From positions 13,640,001 through 13,704,000 of the forward strand of contig NC_047063.1 of assembly GCF_902459465.1 (NCBI RefSeq): 64,000 bases of DNA, read 5' to 3'. Of this stretch, positions 1 through 14,553 are shown one piece after another. Position 1 is the stretch's first letter. Each line of letters opens with the position of its first letter. The DNA is from Asterias rubens. Taxonomy: Eukaryota. A program made the position numbers and the translations under genes. The notes under the pieces are model-generated. The model had not been told where the DNA came from. It did no database searches and worked only from the letters and a program-made list of their open reading frames with translations.

Positions 1-1081
1 TCTTGCTGAAAATGGCAGTTATACCTTTGATCTCAACTGAGATGATTTTTCCCCCTGATTTTGTCTTCCCGGTTAGATACCACGGTGTGAATTAAATTGA
101 TGTGGATCGTGCATAGAATCGCCATGACGTGTTAGGTTAAAGGGGCACCTTGCCTTAGCGTCACATACAAAATGATATTCTTTCCTCTTGAATGGACAAC
201 AGAATGTACTACGGAGGTTTGGGTAAAAGGAGATGTCGAATCTTTCATCCGTTCAGAATTAAACGTCCGATAGGCTTATGCGTGACAAAAAATCAAGCAA
301 ATATTGAAATGTATGTTTGCACATGTTGAAGACTTTACAATAACTTAGCAACATGAGTGGATTTCGAACAAACAGGGACTTTGTATTGTGGTGGCCAGGC
401 GTTTTTTGTTGAATCACACCCCCCCCCCCCCCCCCCCCCAAAAAAAAAGGAGACTAGGAATCATGGTAGATTCTGGCCCGGTTTTTTTTTCTTCAAATAA
501 TTGCAATGAACGTGTAATATTTCGATTGCAGAAAACCAACGTAAGCCCAGTCTAGACTTAAAAAGAAATTATAAAAAAATAAATAAACACGTTGTTGCTT
601 TTTCTACAACTAAAACATTCTCAACGTAATATTCCACTATTAACCACTGGATTCGATGCAAACACATCATGTTTCACATGTCAAGCAAACATATATATTT
701 ATTTTTGTTTAATCGTTCGATTTTTCCATCCTATACAAAATGTAGATATCTTTAAACAAACAAAATGTGTGGTAATTTAATTTCAAAAAGCGAAAATGTT
801 CATGCAGGAAGAACAATTAATAGGAATACACAATCTTAAAAGTGTTTCTGCAGTAACGTTTCTCATATTACAATTTTGAGGCATAAAAACATTTAATTTT
901 GTATGTAACCACACTACCTCGAAGTAAATGTTTATGAATAGTAAACTTGCGGGTACAGCCATGAGTAATATATCTATTCTGAGGAGGTGGTTCTGAAAAG
1001 AGCCGGTTTGGTCTCGACGTTTCGAACAGGAGAGGAGAGTGCTTGACTACTGGTGGTGGTAGAGTGTGTTTGTGCCATTAA

Positions 1082-1454
1082 ATGCAGTGGACACTATTGG
1101 CAATTACTCAAAATAATTATCAACATAAAACCTTTCTTGATTACAAGTAATGGGGAGAGGTTGATAGTATAAAACATTGTGAGAAACAGCTCCCTCTGAA
1201 GTGACGTAGTTTTCGAGGAAGAAGTAATTTTTCACGAATTTGATTTCGAGACCTCAAATTCTGAATTTGAGGTCTCGAAATCAAGCATCTAAACGCACAC
1301 AACTTCGTGTGACAAGGGGTGTTTTTTCTTTCATTATTATCTCGCAACTTCGACCGACTGAGCTCAAATTTTCACAGGTTTGTTATTTTATGCTTATGTT
1401 GAGAAACAACTGTGAAGACTAATCTTTGACAATTACCAGTAGTGTTCACTGACT
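1082..1454 (+). mobile_element. Kolobok/T2-type MITE, family A
   Basis: TTAA on both sides (1078-1081, 1455-1458); TIR cagtggacactattggcaatt / aattaccagtagtgttcactg; internal inverted repeat tttgatttcgagacctca..tgaggtctcgaaatcaa. Confidence 0.85.
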
Positions 1455-2140
1455 TTAATTTGAAGAGTGATAACCAAACGTACATTTACCTCCCCTTTAA
1501 GATCAGGGAATTGCGTCAACCCTGATGTGACTCTTATGGGACTTATCTAAAGACACTGCCCCTATTTATGCCCAGGCGGTAAACATCAAAGGCTATTTAC
1601 ACAACCAAACCCTAATTAGATCAAATTAAACAAAGAGTGTTCTTCATTGTTAAGACACGAGTAACCTTGGGACTGACGATATACAATAAACTTGCCATAT
1701 TTATTTCTCCGGACAATAATTGTGCACAATTACAATGAATGTGTTTCACACTGAGTACAGGAAACACACAAATAAATCACGAAATATAAGCAGTTGTTTA
1801 GTCCCTGAAGGACGATATACAATAATTATAATTTTGATGAAGCTAACCGAATAAATTAGCAGGGTCAAATTCTAGTCACAAAGACATTATTTTGTATATT
1901 GTGATGATTTTGGTGCTAGGAAAAACGCTTCATTTTTTGATAATCCGCCGCTATAGTTTTCAATAAATAATTCAGCCATGTCAAATTTTTCTTTTTCGAA
2001 CTCGTCGGTAAAGTTTACGTGAAAACATTTAAAACGCTTTAAGCGATCGTCAGGATTATTGTTCGGGTTTAAACTGAGTTTGTTTTACTTTATCGCAATT
2101 TTAAGTTTTTAGGGGGGGGGGATTATTTTCTAAAAAAATT

Positions 2141-2399
2141 ACCATTATTCAATAATTACCGTTGAAACAATGACCGTATTGAAATAAATACCGTAGTAAA
2201 TAAATCACCGTATTTAAATAATGACCATTTTCAAATAATGACCGTACTGAAATTAATACAGGATTGAAATAATGACCTTACTTTAATTAAAACCGTATTG
2301 AAATGATGACCGTATTAAAATAATGGCCGTACTGAAATAAAGACCGTATTGAAATAATGGCCGCATAGAAATAATGACCGTACTAAAATAAAGACCGTC
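2141..2399. repeat. 17-bp degenerate minisatellite (aaataatgaccgtattg)
   Basis: About 15 units visible. Confidence 0.85.
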
Positions 2400-2741
2400 T
2401 CGATCAGATAAAAACTTCTTGTGAAAACTACGATATTTTCTTCTTACAAGGAGTAAGGTCGTTTAAAATCAAACAATAATCACTATGATCAAATACGAGG
2501 CTAAAAAGATGTCCTCGGATTTAAGTAGTTCGCGCTGAAGGGAGGTATCTGAAAAGACCACGGGGCTTACGGTGGGACGAGATGGGTCTTTATCACAGCC
2601 TGTGATTAGCTCCCCGATGCCTAGGCAGATGGTTAAGTCTCCAGGGAGGTCAGCCAAGGCTATGACATTTTTAGATTGTCAATAATAATCGGAACTCAAA
2701 GTAGGCCGAAATTGTATCGCCGTTGCGTCAGGGACATCACA

Positions 2742-3075
2742 TCCGACAGATATAGGAAGGCACCCACAAGCGTATATAGGCCGACTATAAGAATGAGATA
2801 TAAGATATAAGATCTGCAGATGGGGCTTTCAGAAATGCGTGTATAGATCATGTCAAGATTTCAGTATTCTGCAGATAGGTATTGCAGCTTTTTAAGGGAA
2901 TACAATTCTTTTTCGTAATCACTATAAAACCAATGACATCATATCCGAAAGACAGCAACGCACCCACAATGATATGTAGGCCGACTATAGAAAAGAAGAT
3001 CAGCAGAAGGGGCTTCCAATAATGCGTGTACAGATCATGTCAAGATTTCCAGATATATTGCAGCGTTTAAAGTCA
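2742..3075. repeat. Diverged ~200-bp tandem duplication
   Basis: gcacccacaa..taggccgactata..aatgcgtgta(t/c)agatcatgtcaagattt occurs twice, ~200 bp apart. Confidence 0.75.
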
Positions 3076-5680
3076 ATATTACATGACTTTGGGACTGACT
3101 GTTAATGGCATGCAAAAAAACTAAATGGTTATAAGCCTAGAGCAGATTTTAATTGTATACAATTTTCGTTGTTATAAACTATAACCATTCCTTTACATAT
3201 TCAAACAGCTAAGCATGCAATAACTTATGAACTGTGAACGATATTAAATAAACCTTTCAGATTTACAGGCAAACAAATTAACAACCATGGTTACACTTCG
3301 TAAAGTAAAAACAAAACAGGTCTATAAAAATACATCGATTCTGAATACCATAATTCATTTAATTGCTATTTTTAACAAAATAAATCGAGGCGAATTCTAT
3401 CGGATGACTGGATTGGCGAAAGAGGGTAATAAAATCAAATAATGTTTAATATTTGAGCTTTATTTAGTCACTTTCAAACACCTGTAATTGTTGTTGCTGC
3501 TATATTTAGCTCAAATCTTCACCTCGGGACTGCGGGACTTACAGCAAAGTCCTGCACTAGCAAAGCTTGTTTGCCACCCAAAACGATCTACAATCCGGTG
3601 ACTAAATTAATAATGAATAATATCGCCGTGCCGATAGCGACTGCACAGCAGTTTATTTTTGACGTGGGGAGACAAAAATAAAGGGAGAATTCTTCAGTAT
3701 TTCTCAGTTGCCTTGACCCGTAACACCAACGTCAAATTTGTATGTAAAAAAAAAAAATGCTGAGGGGAGAGAATTCTTTCCCTCGGTGTTCCGGGTTGTC
3801 TGGGATGTGGACGAGGAATCAATAATAACAGAAATCGATCGGAACTGAGGACACTAACTTCAAGGAAAATGACGCTGGTGTTTTTTTTAATTTTATTTTT
3901 AGCAAGATGTTGTGACGCATAGAATAGTTCAAGTCACTGCAGGGCAAACCAACTAAAATCAAAATTAATAATTATATGCCTACACTACATGTTTAATCCC
4001 CTGATATTATTGTGTGAATCCTATGTGAATACCAGTGAGTAATAACACAGAATGACCATGTTTGGACTTCCATCAGCTACTATTTCAATATGTTTAGTTT
4101 TCAAAGGTTATGCGAAAGGAATTAGCGTTTTCAAATGAGTTTAATACATGTTTTTTTTTTCCATTTATGTGTAAAGTAATTGATTCAATAAATATTTTTC
4201 AAAATGATATTATTATTTAAGTATTATTTACTTGTATTGATTTAAATGTTTTTGTTATATATTTATTTAGTATTCATTTTTGGGGGAAATTTTTCAATTA
4301 TTTTATAGCTTGTCATTTTTTTTGTTTTTTTTTTATTCTGTTGTTAATAGTTTATTTTCTATTGTGTGTGGTTATCATTGTTATTTTTTTTTCTTCGTAT
4401 ATTTATCTTTGTTTATTATTATCATTTGTTTGCGTGGTTTGAGCCTAAAGGGAAACTTTACTTTGTTTGAATGTGGCACCTCTTACATAGAAGCTCAAAT
4501 AACTACACGAAATAAGTTAAAGTTCGACCCAAGCGAAACACACCGGTGTGCCGGGGACCCAATGGTTTTTCATTCTACTTCCGGCATGAACTACGTCATC
4601 GATCAAAGGGAACCGGATCCAGCCGGTTCCAGAAAAAAAACTGTAGTCATGCTACAAACACAAGCCGCAAAGCATCCTGATAGGGCTAGACTTCTACGTC
4701 ATATTCCCGTGTAATTACCACAAAATTTCATATAATGACGGCACTTTTCATCAAGTTCACCACACAACTAAAATTGATCGAGCTCCGATTAGCCTAAAAG
4801 CTACCGACATCCACTTGCATTAAGTCAATATGGCGGTTGAGCAGATGGAAAATGCAAACAAACAAGAAGTGGGAGAGGGCATTGGGGGAAAAAATGGCAG
4901 CCAAATATTAAATTGGCCCGAGGCAATGTTAGTTTTGTAATTATACAAGCATCGTGGAGTCTTTTATAAGTGAATTATTCACATCGCCTGCCAAAGCCAC
5001 GTGATTTTCACATCAAAAGCCTAACGCGAGACTTGCCAATAATGCATCAATTACCATGGCAATCAACTTCCGGCTAATCTTTGAAATATCCATAATCAGT
5101 CGTGCAATAATATTAGTTGGTAGTTTTTTATAATTACTAATATTAACTACGGACCTAATCACACTTTGATTCGTTTCATCTTTCGTATTTTTCCGCTGAG
5201 GCCTTCACAGCATGGAGTAGACTCGGAATAACATTATAGACGACTATGGTACAACAAAGCTGTTGTTTTCACGGGCGTGGTGCATGTTGTTGTATTATGT
5301 GCATTTTACATTTGGTTGATATGGATATAGTACCATGGATGCTAAAAAAGAATGCTAAATGAAGTAGTCATTAAAAAAAATATATGAAAAATGAGGTTGC
5401 CCTATATCAGTTTCAAAGTTCAAGAGCAAGCTTCATGCAAATAGCATAACTTTTTGTAGCATAATACATTCATATACAGAGTTATTCTTTCACCGGTAAT
5501 CGTTCATTTTCCTATATTAAATTATTTTGAAGGTTTTATTTTGTTGTCTTCGCTGTGATTGTTGAGACGGTTTTTTTTTTAGTTGATTTGTTTTCCCTTT
5601 CGAAGTAGCTGATTGTATGTACTGTACCAAATGGCTGTGGAACGGTTATAATTGGCTGTTTCTAAATATAATATTATTAT

Positions 5681-5835
5681 AGCTATCTCGGGGTGTCTAT
5701 TTGGTAAGACACTGCTCCAGAATTGCAAAGGTCGTGGGTTCCAATCCCACCCGAGTAATATGCCTGTGATTTGTGCACAGAGCTCGAAAAAGTACCGATA
5801 TTACACATCTGTGCATGTGGGTAAAAAAATATATA
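5681..5835 (+). mobile_element. Second tRNA-derived SINE family
   Basis: aaggtcgtgggttccaatcccacccgagtaat B-box segment shared with ~46207-46397; 3' parts at ~32084-32172, ~55540-55600 (-) and ~62930-63030. Confidence 0.6.
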
Positions 5836-6245
5836 AAAACGGGTTCAGTCAAGGATTGTGTACGTTCACGTATACGTGCTTCAGATTGTGGCCATCTAAA
5901 TATGTTATGTTGCTTCCAGGGGAATTAAATGTTTTTTTTCTCGACTGTGATAACGTTTAAGAGATGGATATTTCTCTGGAGGGTTCTGGACAGGGATCAA
6001 CACCTTTCAGTGAAGGCACTAATCAATTGTATCCGCATAATACAAAGTCTGAGAAACATAACATGCATGAAACGTTCCTCAGATTGAAACTCTTCCTTAT
6101 AAACCCATATTCCTTATAAGGGAATCATTTCTAAAAAATATATATATCCAATAATTTACATCATCAATGGCTGCATTGCTTCTTACCAATCCAGTTTTAT
6201 GGTAATTTTTTGAGTTATTACCAAAAAGGTTTACCCTCCCTTTAA

Positions 6246-6622
6246 AGAAACGTTACAGAGTTGGTAAGAAACAAAAATCGTGAAGATCACAGATTTACAT
6301 AAAACTTACACGGTCTAATAATGGTGGTGGTAGAAAACATCCCTTGAAATATTTATGTCTGAAATGTCATATTTGATGAGAAATAAATAATCTAACTTCG
6401 CGTTTGGAGTTTATCGCTCAGTGAGCGTTTTATTCATTTTTATTTTGACATCGATGCAATGCAAAATTTGTAATCGGTTTTTCGCTATTCTCTCGTGACC
6501 CAGATGACCGATGGATCTCAAACTTCTACAGGTTTGTCAGTTCATGTATATGGTGGATTACATTAAGGTCTTGCATGGCCAGCAACTGTTTTGTTAGCAA
6601 AAACCAATTCTGTAATGTTCCT
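6246..6622 (+). mobile_element. TTAA-flanked MITE, family B
   Basis: TTAA|agaaacgttacagagttggt ... accaattctgtaatgttcct|TTAA; second copy at ~40255-40587. Confidence 0.8.
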
Positions 6623-7743
6623 TTAACTGACGGACTGCTTGTTCGTTCAGCCTCAGAATGTTTTGCGTGTATAGTTTCACTAAGGACGAAGATGCCCGAC
6701 AATTTGCGGGGGAAAATAATATTCCGGTGGCTGTTTTTAGATGTGAAGTGGCTGTCTGGGGTTGTTTACCAGTTATTAAATATCCCAGAGGGACAATATA
6801 GCGCCTTAGCACGGATCAGCTTGGTTACTCTGGGGTCTGTGGCTAGATTTACTATAGATAGCCACCGAAGAGCGCGATGTGACATAGATATCACCTTCTA
6901 GCTCGGTGAGCTTCGAGGGTACTGCGTATACATTTTATTCGCGACCCAGGGATCAAGATAGTAATGACACTGATTTCGCCTTGCCGTGCGTGGGTGAAGA
7001 AATAGCCCCTGGCCCTAAAGGTAACCACGGGCACCGTGGAGTGACGGGCGCAGCGTCACGCGTCAAAATCCTCACCCCGGAACCGTGCCTGGTGTCATGG
7101 CATGCTGAGTTCTCTGTTAGCTTTTTGCCACCATGCGCTGACGAATATTATAAGTTACTTTGACTTGTGATGTTTCGGCAGAGGGAGAAGATTGGGTTCT
7201 AGTGTTCTGGTTGTTTTGTTTTTAACAACATGGCGAGTGAAGATGAACAAGGGTTTTACGTTTTCACCCCCTTTTTGGTGAGAGAAAAGAGTGTCTGTTT
7301 GGTTGAGCTTACATCCCATTTGAATTTTCGCGCGGAGATCGCATAAAAAGTTGACGCATACCATTGTCATAACAGCGGTTATACCTGCAAGCCCAATTGT
7401 ACTAGATGTCTCTGCTACAGTTTATAATTTGTTATTTTGGTCCTGAAAAAAAAAACTGCACGAGTTTGTGTTTTAAACCCCTTTGCACGAATCGTACGTA
7501 ATATTATGATAACGATGAATCAATATTAGCCCTTAATATTAGATTGATTGGGAAACGGTCGTACCTCGTGCAAAGGCTCGCAGATCTATACTTTCTTCGT
7601 AAAGAAAGGCCCCCAATAGTTTGCCTCGTGATTAAATTGCCCGAGGTGTGGGTGTAGGGAAATCTTGATTTGCTGCTGTTATTTTTAGACGCTCGGAAAA
7701 ATCAACTCACCCTGTTGAGTAAATCTTCCACTTACTGGGTTAA

Positions 7744-8099
7744 AGGGTCTTGACAACTTTTTAGATCACGTTTCTTGGCCATGACATTAATCCTACCTCA
7801 CTGTGGATAAAGATGAGTGTTACCTGTAGAAGTTTCAGCTAAATTAGTTATCATGTTTTTGATTTTTTTTTAAAGAGTGAAAATCACAGACGCGATGTTT
7901 TCAGAAGGCTAAAATAAATGTTCGTCTCCTGAGACGAACATTATTTTTGTGATATTGTTCTACTCAATTTTAGAAAACTACATTTACTTCACCAAGGAAC
8001 TTTTTAAGGGCAGCTTTCTACCATCTTCGAACCGTGTATAAGTGTAATGTAACTATGTAGACATTGTGTTTTGTGTCGTACATAAAGTAACGAAACCCT
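7744..8099 (+). mobile_element. TTAA-flanked MITE, family D
   Basis: TTAA|agggtc ... aaccct|TTAA; related to 23526-24068 and 48730-49094 (shared gacattgtgttttgtgtc-type right end). Confidence 0.65.
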
Positions 8100-8778
8100 T
8101 TAAAACAACCGGGACCACATAATGACCGGGATGTGAGCCAAATGTTTGTTATTTTAAAATCAAAGTTTCCAAACACCCATCCCCCCTATATCTCGTCTAC
8201 GTGTATTTGTCTAAAGAGCCATACTGATAAACACTGTGAATCCCAACCCTTCAAAGTCAGCCGACCTTACTTGTCAGTGTACACCTATGTACTTGACTTT
8301 CATAGACGTCAGTTACTCTCAAGCAACCGGCTCACGGACACCAAGTTGGCTTTTATGGTTGGCTCAGATTTCTATGATCTGAAGGAAAACATTAGAACTG
8401 CTATACTAATACGGTCAAGGGGAAAAGAGCATATCGAGTGAGGACACAAGCTTAATGTTCAAGTTGACATGAGGGTCCAGAGTCCGGGCGCCATTTTTTT
8501 TTCTCAAGTGCAACCCAAAGTCATACTTTGTAATGACATCTCATAACAAACAAATTCAAAAAGCAAAAGATGTGAATGATCAGTTTGTGCTGAGTGCATA
8601 CTTATCAGTTTGATTGGTTTATTTGTAGAATATCGCGATGAGCTGGAGTAATACAGATCTGCTCAAAGTTATTGAAAACATGTGGAAATAAATTCTTTTG
8701 TTTAAGATTAATATGTCCCTAAATATCATAATGTACTCTAAGTATTAGTCACGAATACCTCAGACAGTTTTGCTATTG

Positions 8779-8884
8779 CGGTCGTTTAAAACCTTTTAGG
8801 GTCGTGGCCGTGTGCGATAACGGCCCTCGCCTTTGGCTCGGGCCTTTGTTACACGGCAACGACCCTGCCGGTTTTAAACGGCCG
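8779..8884. mobile_element. Hairpin element with ctcgcctttggctcg centre
   Basis: Imperfect ~45-bp arms around a centre resembling the reverse complement of the 44314-44328 motif. Confidence 0.5.
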
Positions 8885-11168
8885 TTTAAGAACCCGTCGC
8901 TACCCTTTTATTCCCTTATTAATTGATTCATTTTTTCGTACCAACTATTAAGTTATGACTACAGACACAAATTCGTAGGGAAATGATTTTGTTTTCATGT
9001 TGACATATAATAAATGGTGACTGTGCAAACCATCCCCTCTTACAGAGACCGCAGACTAACGGCTTACACATTAATTTTTCGTAGTAGCCTTGTTCGCTTT
9101 GCAATGACTAGATGTTCAAGTGAGACTAAAACCAGCAGCATATTAACATCAACAAAGAATGAACTTGCTATTTAGAACAGCATCCTCTGCATACAAAGTT
9201 ACAAATCCCATCAAGTTTTGAAATTAAAAACAAATACAAGAGAAAACCCGCAAGTCACACAAACCTTGTGTCTTTACAATGCACACCCACACAAACCTTA
9301 CAGCGATTTGGATCAAAAACACGAACAAACAGGTAAATGTTCCTGATTTGTCTTTATATAAACATCCGTTGGGATGGGGGAGAAAAAAATAATAATAATT
9401 AGTGAGTGACGATTTCGCACCTGTTTGTCCGTGGCTATGTAACACAATTATGGGTTCTGACTAAGGACAAACCCAATGGTCACATGGGGAATCGAAGTGT
9501 GCATAAACAAACGGTAAATGGCTGCATATAGGTTTGTAGAATTCAGCATGGCGGTTTGCCACATAATGAGCAATAGGGTCTACAAACTATAGGAGATATT
9601 TTAATGGGTAATCATTTGGTTTTCTTGCTATTCAAAAACACTGCCACCAAAACGAGGCTGGAGGGAGAGTCAAAGAAGCCTTTACCTATTTCTGTAAACA
9701 AATGCTGTCTTTATGGGCGGTCTGTTTATTGGTGTAATAAGTAAGTCTTTTTTAGCAGGGTGATATAACAGATGCTATCTTCATGTTTTTTTAATTTATT
9801 TTATATAGCATAATATAACAATTGCTATATTAACAGGTGTCGTTAATATAACAGAAGTATCTCTACTTAAGCAGGGTAACATAATACTGTATATCTTTAT
9901 ATAGATGTATAAAGCACAGTTATCTTTATTTAAGCAGGATAAACTGTCGGTCAACTGTCATTGTCAAGCATACTTCTCTAGAGAATGTTGGTGAATACAA
10001 GCCACTATTGCACTCCTCATCAGTAGAATATCTTCCCAGTAGGCCTACAACCATGATAAAGCAGACTTTATTGAAAAGCTCTTATTTTATCCTCGCCTCT
10101 GGTTTGGAGCTTACGGAAAAGAAGCAATCCATTAAGCCATGCAGAAGAAGGAAAAAAACTAAGTTATTTCATTTGGAAAATATCCACACCACGAGACGGA
10201 AGTAATCAAAGACACTAGAGGTTTGTAAACGCTTGCCTTTTTTGAGAGCTGGGGAATTGGGGCATATGACTGGGGCAAATCGGTCAATCGTGGATTGCCT
10301 CACACTACTACGCTTCAACTCTTCGTAGTCCTGGATATTGAAACATTCTTAACGCTATAGTTCCACGCCATAATTATAAGATGTATTTTCAAATGCACCG
10401 ACTTTACGCGCGGTGACGTATATGTTGAGGTTGCGTTACACACACATACGCTGGCCCGGGAAGCATTTTTGTTTTCCTTTTCTTTCTACCCATACGGATT
10501 GCCACTATTGCAGTGCTTCTCAATGGTGATCATTTTTATATATATATTTTTTTGTTATCGATTAAAAAAAAAGGAATCCTGAGAAACATGTTTATGGTAG
10601 TCGATAACAAAAACAAAATTTGTTTTGCATTGAACGAAGCACAATGAAGATACAAAAATGAGGTGAATAATTCATTATTTAATTTTATTACAGGGTAAAT
10701 ATACATATATTTCATTACAGGGTAAATATACATGCCCTATTGTAATTATATAATCAAGTTATCACCGTATGCCAACCTCAGGGTCTGCTGTACGAACCCG
10801 AGGTTGGCATGCCACGAACACCCAGCGCCTTGACCCGGAGTTCACAATATAAGTAGGACGAGTGAAAAATTCACTTTGCTGTTCAACTTGAGATTTTCTA
10901 ACCCTTCCAATTCCCTTTGGTGTATGCGATACAAGTGTAGGCCTGAAGCCGCCCAACAACACTGGACATTAAACCATAAGAACAGGTCTTAACATAAACA
11001 CGTTGTTGTGCACGTCCAGTTCCTGACCAGCGGCATTGCATTAATACGACACGGGTTCTTCGCTTGTGAACTTTAAAGGGTGGCAGTTGGGGAGGTTTTT
11101 GAAGCTGGTCGGCATTTCACTGAGATGTAAATCATGTCACAAACGATCTCGTTCTTCCAGGCCTCGCT

Positions 11169-11169
<1 letters not shown>

Positions 11170-11208
<39 letters not shown>
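11170..11208. repeat. (TAA)13 microsatellite
   Basis: Directly visible. Confidence 0.95.
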
Positions 11209-11544
11209 GACTTGTAATGCGCACATATCCACCCTGCTGGGTGTTCAAGGCGCAATAACCCCCCCCCCCCCCAAAAAAAAAAAAAAACACAACACAAAGA
11301 AAAACAGACACAACACAATTATTATATAGATAGCTATACGCTGGTGGCTCTTCTTGATCCAGTGGGATCCAGTGATGCAACCAGGGAGGTGATGTTATAA
11401 TAATACGCATGTTTTTGCTTGGTTTTATTTATTTATTTATTTATTTTGACTCAAGATCTTTATACAGAACATAAATATCAGCACAGCGGCTGTTTATTAT
11501 GCTCATGTGCCTTGAAACTGAGAATAAGGAGAAACACTCCTTCA

Positions 11545-11908
11545 AAGCCAGTGGACACTTTTATTGGTAATTACTCAAAATAGTTATTGACATACAACCT
11601 CATTTCAAGGTTGATAGTATAAACATTGTGAGAAACGGCTCCCTCTGAAGTGACATAATGTTCCCGAAAAAAAAGTAGTTTTCCACGAATTTGATTGCGA
11701 GACCTCAGATTTAGAACTTGAGGTCTCGAAATCAAGCATCTGAAAGCATACAACTTCGTGTGACAATGGTGTTTTTTCTTTCAATATCTCGCAACTCCGA
11801 CGACTAATCGAGCTCAAATTTTCACAGCTTTGTTATTTTATTCATAAGTTGCTATACACCAAGTTTAAAAGACTAGTCTTCGACAATTACCAATAGTGTC
11901 CAATGTCT
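11545..11908 (+). mobile_element. Kolobok/T2-type MITE, family A
   Basis: Colinear with 1082-1454; same TIRs; flanks decayed. Confidence 0.8.
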
Positions 11909-13643
11909 TTGAAATAAACTTACAGTCAGGGTAAAACCATTTCAAGAAAACCACAAGATGATACACATTTGTATTATAAAATATGGATTGGGTATGCATT
12001 TTGGAAGTGCTGCAAACACCCTCTATATGATACACGGCGAGCCCAACAGACGTGTCTTCAATAACACTACTTCATTTTTGACTATACTGGGTCCTGGAAT
12101 AAAATAGAGGTCAGCAATTGTGTAAATGAAAGAAGACTAAAGTTAGTTTCCAGTATTTCTGGTTTAAAATCATGCAAACCTTTTTTTTGTATACCCTAAT
12201 ATACAGGAAAAAAGGTTAAACAAAAGTCACTAAGATAAATTACGCCCTAGCAGATATGTTTTCCTAGAAACCTGTGCTCAATGCTTATTTAATGCATTGG
12301 CGCTCTCTTGTGTAACAGTCATGCTTTAAAGAAGAAAAACGTTGGACACCCGGAGCTGTCTGGGCTAGCATGGAGCTTTCGTTTCGCATAATAGAAACTG
12401 CCAATTGTGAATGAAAAACGTGTCATAGTCTACAACTGCACACTCAAAATACTTATGAAGACCAGTTCCCAGAATCAGCACAATGTATGCCATGACGTCC
12501 ATTAAAAATACTAGCTTCATAAACTAGATAATGTCTCATTTTTGACGGAGCAGCCCTCTGACTATTTTATGACCTAACACGTGCCACTGTGATATCTTTA
12601 ATTAGTTATTATGTATTACTAGTACGTGTTTCGGCAAAAGCCAAACACTATTTGTTTGTTTAATATTTAACATGAGTTTTGTTTTCAAATTCACCTTTAA
12701 CACTTGATCATTCCAAAGACTTAGGCTAGTATAATGCATTATGATAAACATTCATATTAGCCGAATATTGCCTGTTTGTATTTTTTTCTTCTTTTTCGGT
12801 CCCACCGGTTATTACTGCATGTGGATTGCTATTGTAAAATGAATCGTGTTTTGAATTAAGACGTTATTTGGTTTTGTCATTGTGTTAAAACCCATATTCA
12901 CACAATATCAAGTGCACATCAGTACCTGTCAATGTAATTGGTTTATGGGGAACCAATTAGTTTCGCAAAGTCAATTTCCAACGGGAGAGACATCTCGAAA
13001 ATGGAAATAGTGGCCGTCCTAAATTCCTCAAACATATCAAATGAAAGTATGTCATAATATTATGTGGACTGAGGCAAGCGTGAAATGTGGCACTTTCCCT
13101 TCCTGGGTTAAACATTTTAAGACTAGAGCAACACTGTTTTGTGAACAGTTGGGTTATTACTTTGCTACAGGCCAATATCACACAACGTGGATAATTTCCC
13201 GCAGTTTAAACACCTAGCCCAAACTGAGTATTGTATAAATACATATCAAGTCCGATCGTATTTCGGTATCAGACCGAAAAGGGGCAACCTGTGGGCCCCA
13301 GTAGGCACCAATGAAACGTAAATAACCATTTCGCACCCATGTTTGGAATTTTGATACAGGATTGGGAAGAAATCAATCCGATAGATCAACACAACAAAAA
13401 CAAACAAAACAACACCCACACACATTCTATTTTTTTGCAGTGGGGACATAATGTTGTGTGATTTTCCTCTGTTTACACTTTTTACACAAGATGTGGAGCA
13501 ACCCAGTCTTTATAATTTCCCTATGGAAACCCTTTTTTCTGTTTTGTTCTCAGTCTCCATAAAAATATATGTGAACATGAAATCACGCCCACAAACGCAG
13601 CTATTCGCAATTGATGTAAAATAGAAAATAAACCGAATCTTAC

Positions 13644-13876
13644 CGTAGTTTGTTTTGTGTGTCCACGAACCGCTCTGGATTAATACAATTGATGAACTAT
13701 TTCCCCAACTTCCGCAAAAAACCTCATCCAGTGGAGTTAAATCAAATCAGCCATCTCTAATGCACGGCCAATAAACCAGGTTAATCAAGTTAAGGGTCCA
13801 TCAATGAGTGAACCACGACCAAACAGTTCACTAGTAACTCGACTGTGTACCGACGTGTGAACGGTTTGTTTAAATA
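13644..13876 (-). promoter_or_regulatory. Candidate TATA+Inr core promoter and non-coding first exon
   Basis: Minus-strand TATTTAAA at 13876-13869, Inr-like CA(+1)GT with the A at 13844 (32 nt after the first T), then donor tacg|GTAAGA after 13644. Confidence 0.4.
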
Positions 13877-14553
13877 GGCTGTGTTTTGTTGGATTAGGGG
13901 GTCGTTCCTCTAAAGTGGGGGTAAACTTGCGGGAGAACGAGGCCGGCTTGTATTGAAGTTCACAATTAAACCCAGCTAGGAGGACATTGCAACATGTGCT
14001 ACATCAGAATTTAACGTGTGCTTAATTCAATTGTCCAACTAAAGGCGGGTAGTAAAAGAAAATTCTGTACAACGAAATTGCCACTGTCGTAGTGCTTTTC
14101 GATGGAGAATTGGTTTTCTCTAAATCGAGTCAATATCAAAGGCAATCCTTAAAAAAAATATGAACATTTTTGAGGATTGCAGTTCTAAATCGCAGACAAA
14201 AAAATGCAGGCAGATGAGATGCAACCAAATAATAATTGCTGTCTACGAATATCACATTATTGGCAATATTGTTGTCTATGCAGTGGAGAATTCGGTCACA
14301 CCGAGGTCAATGTTATCATGATCCAATACAAACAACGGTCATGAATGTCAACGCCCACATCAAACGACCTTAGCTACTAGTTCCTTATTCAGCCATTGTT
14401 TTTTAGCCCTTGTTCTTGTCATCATTGGCAGACATGGCGCACTAGAAATGTTCAATATTATTCATTATTTATTATTTGTTGACGGCATTGCTTCACCTAT
14501 AGCCTTCAACAAATGTATTGCACCACACAGGTACTTAACATTCAGCAAACAAA

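Noticed and set aside
419-439. Long poly-C/G tracts here and at ~11258, 15591, 25585, 31655, 37545
   Set aside because: Simple homopolymers; G-quadruplex potential is generic and lengths are error-prone.
6638-6660. ttgttcgttc, resembling the miR-375 5' end
   Set aside because: The rest does not match and there is no surrounding hairpin; I recognised no other conserved miRNA.
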